DNA from: Pseudovirgaria hyperparasitica
Taxonomy: Eukaryota
Reading direction: 5' to 3' (one strand)
DNA: 64,000 nt
Assembly (NCBI GenBank): GCA_010093815.1
Contig: ML996576.1
Below, in pieces: positions 11,950 through 21,038 of the stretch (its first letter is position 1; the number at the start of each line of letters is the position of its first letter). The notes below the pieces were generated by a model, which did not search any database, was not told the origin of the DNA, and saw nothing but the letters and a program-made list of their open reading frames with translations. Both the position numbers and the translations under genes were made by a program.

Positions 11950-13420
11950 GAAGCCATTACTTGATGTGACTTGCAAGTTTTGCTTGCGACGAGTGACAGT
12001 TATATGAGATACAACCAGTTCTAAGTATCCTACATGAAATTAACTCGATAGAACGTAACAACCGCGCAAGTGTCTAGAAAAACTGTAAACATAATATGAA
12101 GAGACCTCCGGAAAAGTGTCTAGTAGTTTAGTGTAAAATTTTCCCTGTTATAGGAGATTTCCTGACCTGTTTTCTACTCATCCTTTGCGTTGTTTTAATA
12201 GCCTATCTCCAATAGCACATTGCAGAGGCTGCGCCCTACACTATAGCTGTATTCCATCCTGACCTGCATAGTGCCACACTATCTTAGGAGTATCGAGTCG
12301 TGGAAACTTAGAAGGGGTAAGCCTTTTTACTGTTAACAGATTGTTTGATAATTGTCGAATCGTTTCGTTAAGTTACTCTTACAGCTATTGCATATGACAC
12401 TAGTACTACTTTGCAGCCCATCTATCATAAAAACGTATTCGGGTATTCGGGCTTGTAGTATAAGTCTATCCACTTATCGTAGCGGGTCTGCAGATTGTAC
12501 ACAGACGCTAGGCTCTGAATCCCCACAATCGCGATCCTTAAGGCTATTTATATACCCATGTAATATATTTTCCCTCGAAAGCATCTATATGAAGCAGGCT
12601 GCGTTGATAATTACGTTAGGCAAATCCTGTAGGATCGCAGCTTATCTAGACATATTACTAAAATGAGGCATAATAGTGAATAAGCATAACCGAATGCACA
12701 AGAGGCCGTATTAAGCAGTAATAGTCCTTTGTTACGCCCTCTATTTAAACTAAGAAAAATTGATCATGAAAGTAGGAACATATTATATCTAGCAAGTATA
12801 TACCTATACTACTAATACTTTAGAACACACTACATAGTAAAGTGCTAGTAGAAATGTTTATAAAATTGAAGAATAAGCGAAACAGATATTTATGCATATT
12901 AAAGGGGTACCAAGACTGGCGCTTAGATTTTCACACTAATCACAGGTGAGTTACCTTGCGCTGTAATTCGCGAGTAGAAAATGCCGCAAAATCTACCACT
13001 TCCCTGCCCATTTACGCCTCTAGCTTTGGCTATGTTCTTTCTTGGGCACCACCTATTCTCCATATCATGCCCTGTGAAGCACAAAAGACGGACTAAGCGC
13101 TAAACGCCGGAGATTATGCACCTCACTTTGGGTTTGTTATTAACTCACCTGAGGTCCGGAAGCTCGGACCATAAGTCTTTCCACAACTTCCAATTGGTTT
13201 ATCTAGTCAGCCTCTAACTCACTCTAATCCTATACTCTAATAGTGTGTAATTAGTATAGTACAAGTGTACATCACTTCTCTATATCTACATGTTAATTTT
13301 CCAATCTAGATTCTAACTTCCCGAACGAAAAGAATGTAGGAATATAAGTACTATGTGATGGGGCTTAGTAGAAATAAGTAGTTAGAGTTTGCGACCTTGG
13401 CCTCTAGGTATGTTTTAGCA
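11950..13420. pseudogene. AT-rich, RIP-like degraded sequence (relic gene or transposon)
   Basis: TpA-rich. One minus-strand frame over about 12240-12600 reads protein-like but has about ten stops, all TAA/TAG. Confidence 0.45.
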
Positions 13421-13665
13421 GACCTCGGGTGAGGTTGAACAGACCATAGGTCAGATCATGAACGGACCCCCGGTGAGGTGTATCCAGAAGGATATGCCGG
13501 TCCGATCCCGCATCCATGGCGGACGTGCGTAGCTCCAGATTTTCTTCTGAGTAGCACGCTTGTTCGCCAACGACTTGCTCCATGTGGTTATATTAAAACT
13601 CACTGCCCGCAGGACAATATCTGTAATCTTGAGAGTGTGTCAATTGATCGGCGAATCGCCACAGG

Positions 13666-14826
13666 ATGTGTTTATTCAGTCCGTTGAGAGCGTCAGTTGG
13701 GCTGTTGGCTTCACTTAGTCTCATCAATGCCCGACCAGCCATTTTTAACAGGCCTCGCCATCTCGAGGTCCAGGCACATCGTGGAGGGCTCGGTATGAGA
13801 AGTGAGGAATCGCTCTGGGTGCGTACAATCACCCAAAACCATAACAAAGATCCCACCACCATCTAACCACCTGGCCAGGCATTCGCGTACGCAATAGTCC
13901 GCTCTCCCTAACAATCCCCCACCGCGCCGCCGTCCCCCAAGACTCACAAACAACACCAGGAAGTCGGCGCCGACGTCCTTGAAATGGACACAGTCTTCAC
14001 CTCCGATCGCGTGCCCGTGATATGGCACGATCACTCCATCCAAGCCGACAAATGCCGCGGCAAGTACGTAGGCAAGTTTATCGCCGAATTGACCCTTGAG
14101 CAGGTCAAAACACTCGACTGCTCCGTCCCCCTGGCCAACCACCCACAGCAGGTGGTCCACACGCCCACGCGCATCGCCACGCTCGTCGAAGTGCTGGAGC
14201 TCATCCAATGCTACGACGACCCGGACGTGCGCATCAATCTCGAGACAAAGCTGGACCCGACGGCGCCGCACGAGACGCTCCCCATGGAGACGTACGTCAC
14301 GGATCTGCTGCCGCTGCTTGGGAAACACGGTTTCCTGGGCCGCACGACGATTCAATCGTTTGACTGGCGCACGCTGGTCGCCATCCGCGATCGGTATCCG
14401 CAGCATCCTGATCTTGTCGCGCTCGTCGAAGCTAAGTCTCTCGTTCCGGACGCGCAGGGCGCATATCCTTGGCTGGGAGGCCTTAATCTCGCCCACTACG
14501 GTGGGGATTGAGTCGCTGCGGCGGCGGACACGGGTGCGGTGTTCGTCTCGCCGATGCATGGTACGCCGACTAGTGCGTCTGTGAATACGCCGGGGTATGT
14601 GCCGTTTGTGACGGCGGAGGTGGTCAAGCGGGCGCACAGGATGGGGATGGGTGTGGTGCCGTGGACAGTGGACGACGAGGCGACGATTAGCAAGCTTATT
14701 GATGATGGAGTAGACTCTATCATCTCAAACTACCCGGAGCGTGTGTTCGCAGTGGCCACAGAAAATGGTCTGGACAGCGGAAAGGCGACGAATTCGCATA
14801 GACCTGAGTGTTTGGTGAAAGCATGA
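13666..14826 (+). pseudogene. Secreted glycerophosphodiester phosphodiesterase (GDPD) with an internal TGA
   Basis: Signal-peptide-like N-terminus; AHRGG, LEMD, HD, NLETK, IQSFDW, VVPWTVD and IISNYP motifs. Introns 13819-13878 and 13897-13959. In-frame TGA at 14509-14511, after which the same frame continues to 14826. Confidence 0.8.
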
Positions 14827-14949
14827 ATGGATCTTGACAGGGTAGAGATGAGATATGGTATACCATAGGAAGCGCAATGCGCAATGTAGTAACTGAGTCT
14901 ATACAAACGAGCATATACACCACTTATCCATGCATCCATCCAACGGCAA

Positions 14950-17900
14950 TCATCTGCGTGCCCATATCTCCCCAGAGAATGGATCCCCGACATCCTTTGG
15001 CCCTTCTACACTCGTATTTGCAGTCGCACTCGCGCCGCCCTCAATCATCCTCTCCTCCCCAGCCCTCCCCGTGTTCCCGAACACAGCACCATAAAACGCA
15101 CCCCTGAACCTCAAACTAATCTCTTGCAACAGATATTCATGCGCGCTACTATGTTCCTTGACCAGATTATGCGCCAACTCATGACATGCCACAATATACC
15201 AGTAATCCCACACCTCTGTGATAGTGGCCCGCTTGCCTTCTGCCTGACCCTCGCCATGTAACGCCCAGAACCACCAGGCATTGAAAAATAAAGCCCCACC
15301 CAGATTGAATGCAATCGTACTACTGCCCGCGTCGTAGAAGATGTGCATGTGCTCTTTGCTCAGCCCAAAAATACCGGCGAGACATGTCAGCAGCACTCCG
15401 AACTGGCCTCTGCTACCGCGGACCTTTTCTAGTAGATCCCCATTGAACTCTCGCGCTGCAAAACAACGGATACCGTGAGCGCCGGCGGTATCACCGGGCA
15501 TATGTGTCAGGTTGTGCGCGGCGTTCGCGTCACAGTATGAATCAGGCGCCACATCGATACTCCGGACATTTGGGGCGGAATTTACCGTCGAAGAGCCATG
15601 TGGGCGAGAGCGGCGGATAGCATCGGCGACTTGGGTTTGTGAGGAGCGTTGAGCTTGCGCCGGGGATCTGGGAGTATCGGGGGTCGGTTCGGATATGGGA
15701 CCGCTCGAGTTTGGCGTGGAGGAGTCGCGGAAGCCAGTACGAAATCTGGTAAAGAAATTTGTGCCAGCTTTGCGGAGGGAGTCGAGCGGGTCGTTGGAGT
15801 CCTGTTCAGGAGAGTTGGAGGAGGTCTCGGCGTCGGTTGGGCGCTGTGGAGAGTCTGGACTGAACGCACCTGGCATTCTGACTGTTTTATCGATAGATGT
15901 ACGTGGATCGGACGGCGTCATGGCAGTATTTGTGATTTCATTTTGGCGGGCCTTCTCTTCTTCAAACTGTTTCTGACGTTGTGACTCTTGTACGGTGGCT
16001 TCGATCTCACGTTGTCGAAGAATGCGGTCGACGTTGTATCCCTTCTTCTGCAGGCGCTTAAGTGACTCAGTCATGATTCGCTCGAAGGCCATGATGTCCA
16101 TTTGCTTTGGACGTTGAATAAGGATGGGAACTATCTCTCGCCCAATGTCATGCATGTCAAAATGTTCCGTAATGGAAAGGGTTTTGTCTTTCGATGTATA
16201 GTTGGCCGTTTTCTTTTCTTTCTTGGTAATGTTCGAGCCCTTCAGGGAGTGATCAATAGTGATGTGCTCGACCAGCACAAGCTTGAGGTTCGACTTGAGC
16301 CATTTGGAGCTGTGCTTGATATTCTTTGATCCTTCCTTCTCGTGCTCATAGAGAAAAATCCGGGAGCGGGAAATGATCTCGTTGTGTAGATGATGAGCCT
16401 TGTCCTGGTTTCGGACTTGTACACCCTGTCGAATTCGACTAGTTACGATACTGGAGAGGTTCTTTGCTCCAAGGAAGATATAGAACTTCTCAAGCAAGTC
16501 TTCTTGCGGAACAAGCTTGATATGGTGTCGAAAAAGATCATACTGTCGTACATCATCATTGACGACTGTATCAGTCGCTAATTCCAGGGACCAGTTCATC
16601 TTATATGGCTCCTCATCGTCCTCAAGGTCAATGAGTGCAAGCTCTTTCTCGCCTTCAGGCATCTTGTCTTCGAGTGCAAGCAAGAAAGGCGTTCTCTTGA
16701 GCTTTTCAAACAGACCTTGCTCATATTTGATGTTGGTACAGTTGTCTGCGAACTTGCGAAGCAGTTCCAAATACTTATCTACCCCAATAGAACGTAGAAA
16801 CTTGCCTGGATCCTCTGCAACGATCCCAAGAAGCTCAATACTACTCGGTTCATGCCTAGATCCAGCTTTCAGGAGGAACATGTTGGCTTGCTCACCGAAG
16901 TCGACATATGTCAAAAGGTCTTTATACTCCTGGTCTTTTCCAATGAAGACTGAGCTTGGTGTTCTCATGGCAGACAGCACGACCTGCGCACTGGATGATA
17001 CCCTCGTGAATTGCTCATGAGACGTTACAGATGATTTACTTCCGTCTTCAGCAATACTGATGAAAATTGGGACTATTTGTGCGTCTGATATCATCTCAAG
17101 CAATTCCTTGTCTTTTTCACTCACTCTTGACGCCATGTATGAAAACATCTGCGAGGCTTCCTTCAGCGTTTTTGGTGGTTGAGATATGAGAGATTGTACA
17201 CAGATCATGGAAGGTGGATGAGCTTCAACTCCAAACATATTTGCATGAGGCTTGAGGTCTTCATGTATTGTTTTTACACCAAGAATCTCAGCTTGATCAT
17301 TGCTGAAAAGTGACGCTGGTGCGAATAACGCAGGGAACGCGCGTTGTTTCGACATCAGAAACAGCGTCTGGGAATACTGAGACATGTCTACTTTGTCATA
17401 GCGGTTATTGTGAAAGTTACTGGTAAAGTACTTCATGATACCAATGTAATCTTGGTAATTTGCTTCTTTCGCCTGTGCTGTGCGACGGAGGCATGTTATG
17501 AGTGTCTGTACGGTGGGATATGGAACAAGTCCGAGTTGCTTTAGGAGTTTCCCTTCCGCAGTGTCAGGTCGATGCGAGCGTAAACGGATAGTCGGAAGCC
17601 GGATCCTCTGAATTCCTTCACTCGGTGCATATAGCTCTGAAACCTTCCAGAGGTAATTGCCACGGTCCTTCTCAGCCAAACAGAAAGGAATAGTTTTTAG
17701 GCGCTCTATATCGCTCTTGGGTATTTCATCCAATACAGAAGCGAAGTACTTCAGGATCTGCTCGTGATCCCACCCCTCTGGCGCAGATGCGCGGCCTCTG
17801 GTCGTGAACGTGCCCTCCAGACCTTTGAAAGCCACACTCAGTTCGACAGTTGATCGCACCCCTATTTCGCTGAGAAATCTTGATTTCAGACCTTGGGTCG

Positions 17901-20289
17901 TGAGAATCGCCAAATTACTAAAACCTTTTACCGACGGTAAGTAAGCTTCTTCTGGTTTTTTCATTCCTTGCGTGGTTGGCACTACCGTATGTGGACCTAG
18001 CAGTTCCGCCACTTTCAACTTCGACTCTTGGTTCAACTGTTCCCATGCTTTCGACACCGTTAACAGAACTCTGGCCGCAAAAGCAGCGGATCTGAGCATA
18101 TTGATGTCTTCAGGGAGCTCGCGATTGGTAGCTGACTGTTGCACAACAAAGGCGAGCCAGGGTAAGATTTGGAGCTCGACCCAGCCGAAAGACTTGAGTT
18201 GAGGCATGGGTATGGAACTTGTAGCTGTGAAAGGTGCATTTGATGGCGGAAGAGGCAGATCTGGCGCAATCTTGGCAGGATTCAAGAATGTCTGGATCAA
18301 GGACAACTGCAGAATTTTGCTTTGATTGGGCACATCAGCTATAGCTGATCTGAATAGAGTCTGAATCTCAGCAGTAGTGAACCTTTGCTCGGCGACCTTG
18401 GCACCACACCATTTGAGAAATTCGAGCAGCTCGGTCTCGCTCAAGGCTCGGGCCTCCAATTCTTGTTTGATGTCATCGACTGTCATCTGAGAAAGAAACC
18501 CATTCGACACCAGACTTTCCATAAAGCCGGGAGCGGCCGAGACTATCTCATCAGGGACAACAGGAAAGTTATTGAGAAAGCTGAGCTTCTCCGCTGTGAT
18601 ACGAACCTTCGGGCTTGGGAGTATACCCTGAGTCGAGAGCAATACCATTGAAGTTGTTCGCTTTGTCTGATGGGTGCAAGTCCAAAAGCCTTGTTCGATT
18701 ATGGCACCGACTCTGGATGAAGGTGTCGTCTCTTGGAATGTGAATTGCTTATATATGTGAATGGCTTCAGGTATCGACTTCGCTACCACGTCTGCAAGCA
18801 CATCACTATTGCTAAGCATACGCTCAGTTCTGCTCTGTAAACCTCGCATCTCGGCAAGGAAAGCTAGTCTACAACCTATACCAGCCACTTGTAGCAGCTC
18901 TCCGTTCCAGGAACTGATATATTTTGCGTTCAGATCGATGCTTTCGCGTTCGACGGTTGGAATGATGGAGGGCATAGAAATATGGCAGAGTGGACCTGTG
19001 GTCTGCCCGGTAGGAAATCCTATGAATATGCGTCCAGAGTTTGTTGGTAGAACAGAGGAGAACAACTTTGATGCTAGGCTAGAAGTCCGGCCATTGTGGC
19101 TTATAAGTGAAGCCGATGATTCATCGAAGGGTGAAGTCAACACGGAGACTCTAGTACTCTTCGGAGGGGGTTTCTTCGTAGCACGTTCTAGCTCCTTTGA
19201 GAAGCTGGTCGTGACTTTTGTCAGAACATGTAAAGTATGGACCCTTATGAAGACAGTAGCGCTAGAAGAACCTGAGCCGCTTTCTTTAGTCTCGTCAGGC
19301 GGTGCGTCGATTGACTGCGAAGACTTCTTCGGCGGGGGTTTCGACGGCTCTCCGCCAATTGTCAATTTAGACAAAAAGCTTTTCCAACCACCCCCAGAGC
19401 TCCCATGGTCTTCTCTTGGTCTGAAGACGCTTTGTTTCTTAGGTTCACGGACCCATCCGATGATGTTACTCCATGTCGCATCGATTTGTGCGGTATTACT
19501 GCTGACATTTCGCAGGGTCATGATGCCCCCATCAGTGGTAGGCTTAAAATCCGCCGGCATTGGAAGATCACTGGCGGGCGATGTGGTCTTACGGAAAGTA
19601 CTGATGCTCCAGTCATCGATGTTAAGATCAATTTGTTCCAATCCTACAAAGGTCAAGCTTGTACTTAGAAATTGACAAAGGCTTAGAAGGTCGGGAACTG
19701 GCGAGGAACCCATGGACGTGTTAGATGTCGACACATTTCTGTAAGGCAGAGAGAAGGATGTGAGCGAGGAATCATGTCCCTGTGGTAGTCGACCAGATCT
19801 TGTGTATAATGTGTTGCCTTTCCAATAGAACGCCATTGTGTTGCTCCCAGATATGACAAAGGGTTCATCGCAATCTGCAAAGACAGAATAGAATCCCACG
19901 CCAAAAGCGCCGATCTTTGTCTCATCTGGGTTTCCTTCAGCAATGCTCTTCAGACGAGCCCAGTCCGACGCGGAGAAAGGTTGGCCGTCATTGGTGACTA
20001 CGACATTTGAGATGGCATGATGCTTGATAGTGTGCTGAAGCCTGAGGTGACGATCCGTTGTCTGTGGCGCTGGGATATCTAATGACGGGGAAGTCTCAAA
20101 TGTAATGGTGACTTTCTTGGCGCCTGCGTCGGCGGCATTCTGAACCAGCTCCCGTAGCGTCGTGAACTCGCTCGAGTAACGCGCGAGGACCTTGTCGATG
20201 AGAGCACGGGTATTGACTGTGACAGCTGCATCCTCTCCAGTGGTCATAGTCTGCTGTCGTAACCGTTCATAGTCCAGAGTGGAAGCCAT
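14950..20289 (-). CDS. Large intronless protein: N-terminal GHKL (sacsin-like) ATPase, DUF3684-like middle, C-terminal HExxH motif
   Basis: ELVQNAADA, NDGQPF and KIGAFGVGFYS are GHKL boxes; CHELAHN near the C-terminus. 1779 aa from the ATG at 20289. Confidence 0.85.
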   Translation of the reverse strand: MASTLDYERLRQQTMTTGEDAAVTVNTRALIDKVLARYSSEFTTLRELVQNAADAGAKKVTITFETSPSLDIPAPQTTDRHLRLQHTIKHHAISNVVVTNDGQPFSASDWARLKSIAEGNPDETKIGAFGVGFYSVFADCDEPFVISGSNTMAFYWKGNTLYTRSGRLPQGHDSSLTSFSLPYRNVSTSNTSMGSSPVPDLLSLCQFLSTSLTFVGLEQIDLNIDDWSISTFRKTTSPASDLPMPADFKPTTDGGIMTLRNVSSNTAQIDATWSNIIGWVREPKKQSVFRPREDHGSSGGGWKSFLSKLTIGGEPSKPPPKKSSQSIDAPPDETKESGSGSSSATVFIRVHTLHVLTKVTTSFSKELERATKKPPPKSTRVSVLTSPFDESSASLISHNGRTSSLASKLFSSVLPTNSGRIFIGFPTGQTTGPLCHISMPSIIPTVERESIDLNAKYISSWNGELLQVAGIGCRLAFLAEMRGLQSRTERMLSNSDVLADVVAKSIPEAIHIYKQFTFQETTPSSRVGAIIEQGFWTCTHQTKRTTSMVLLSTQGILPSPKVRITAEKLSFLNNFPVVPDEIVSAAPGFMESLVSNGFLSQMTVDDIKQELEARALSETELLEFLKWCGAKVAEQRFTTAEIQTLFRSAIADVPNQSKILQLSLIQTFLNPAKIAPDLPLPPSNAPFTATSSIPMPQLKSFGWVELQILPWLAFVVQQSATNRELPEDINMLRSAAFAARVLLTVSKAWEQLNQESKLKVAELLGPHTVVPTTQGMKKPEEAYLPSVKGFSNLAILTTQGLKSRFLSEIGVRSTVELSVAFKGLEGTFTTRGRASAPEGWDHEQILKYFASVLDEIPKSDIERLKTIPFCLAEKDRGNYLWKVSELYAPSEGIQRIRLPTIRLRSHRPDTAEGKLLKQLGLVPYPTVQTLITCLRRTAQAKEANYQDYIGIMKYFTSNFHNNRYDKVDMSQYSQTLFLMSKQRAFPALFAPASLFSNDQAEILGVKTIHEDLKPHANMFGVEAHPPSMICVQSLISQPPKTLKEASQMFSYMASRVSEKDKELLEMISDAQIVPIFISIAEDGSKSSVTSHEQFTRVSSSAQVVLSAMRTPSSVFIGKDQEYKDLLTYVDFGEQANMFLLKAGSRHEPSSIELLGIVAEDPGKFLRSIGVDKYLELLRKFADNCTNIKYEQGLFEKLKRTPFLLALEDKMPEGEKELALIDLEDDEEPYKMNWSLELATDTVVNDDVRQYDLFRHHIKLVPQEDLLEKFYIFLGAKNLSSIVTSRIRQGVQVRNQDKAHHLHNEIISRSRIFLYEHEKEGSKNIKHSSKWLKSNLKLVLVEHITIDHSLKGSNITKKEKKTANYTSKDKTLSITEHFDMHDIGREIVPILIQRPKQMDIMAFERIMTESLKRLQKKGYNVDRILRQREIEATVQESQRQKQFEEEKARQNEITNTAMTPSDPRTSIDKTVRMPGAFSPDSPQRPTDAETSSNSPEQDSNDPLDSLRKAGTNFFTRFRTGFRDSSTPNSSGPISEPTPDTPRSPAQAQRSSQTQVADAIRRSRPHGSSTVNSAPNVRSIDVAPDSYCDANAAHNLTHMPGDTAGAHGIRCFAAREFNGDLLEKVRGSRGQFGVLLTCLAGIFGLSKEHMHIFYDAGSSTIAFNLGGALFFNAWWFWALHGEGQAEGKRATITEVWDYWYIVACHELAHNLVKEHSSAHEYLLQEISLRFRGAFYGAVFGNTGRAGEERMIEGGASATANTSVEGPKDVGDPFSGEIWARR

Positions 20290-21038
20290 TGTGGGTATAT
20301 CTTTAAGCAACACAGGGCAGACAGCATATGATGGTAAAGACGAGAGAGATATGGGAGATTCCAGTCAATATATGGCAGAGGCAAAGTGAGAATAATGACA
20401 GAAAGGAGATATTGCTGTGACTTGTTTACGTTGTGTTGTCGCAACAAAGGTTTGGTGGCGACACTTACAACCTCGTGGTGGCGGTGGATAAAGGGAAACA
20501 CAACAGGAAATGGAAAGTTTGGGACTGTTTGAGTAAGATATAATGACTAAAGACTCTATGTTTCTCGAACGCCAGACGATGCAGGACAAGAGAAGGCCAG
20601 GGAAGTGAATTGTGATGCTGATGCTGATGCTGAGTGATTTGTCGTCCCCGATTCCACCTGAGCCATGTCCGGACTAGCGCCTTATATCAGGCAATCAGGC
20701 TGTGATAGGCTGCGACTGTGCACGTGACCAAGATTAAATCCGTGCGTGTCGTGGTGTCTCCACAACCTCAACCCCCGTCCTCAAAAGACGATTCCCATGT
20801 GTTTCATTCTACACCACCACTACCACCACCACCTCAACAACAACAACAATAACAACGACAAATACCCTGCCCCGGATGCCACTATTGAATCGAAGTATAT
20901 GAGGGTATCTCGGCAGTTCTTGTTTGCGTCGGAACCCTGCATTATCGTGATGAGGTAGCGCAGATTTCTTCTGGACTGACGCCTTCGACGCCTGTTTGGC
21001 CTATTCCGAAAGTTGTGGTAGAGGGCTCAAATGTTGTC

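Noticed and set aside
12943..13151. 11-bp inverted repeat CAGGTGAGTTA..TAACTCACCTG about 200 bp apart (possible MITE)
   Set aside because: No target-site duplication and no second copy seen. One such match is about what chance predicts in 64 kb.
14509..14511. Selenocysteine or genome-wide TGA=Trp recoding
   Set aside because: Ascomycetes are not known to have Sec machinery, the position looks like Trp rather than Cys, and TGA terminates many other genes in this window.
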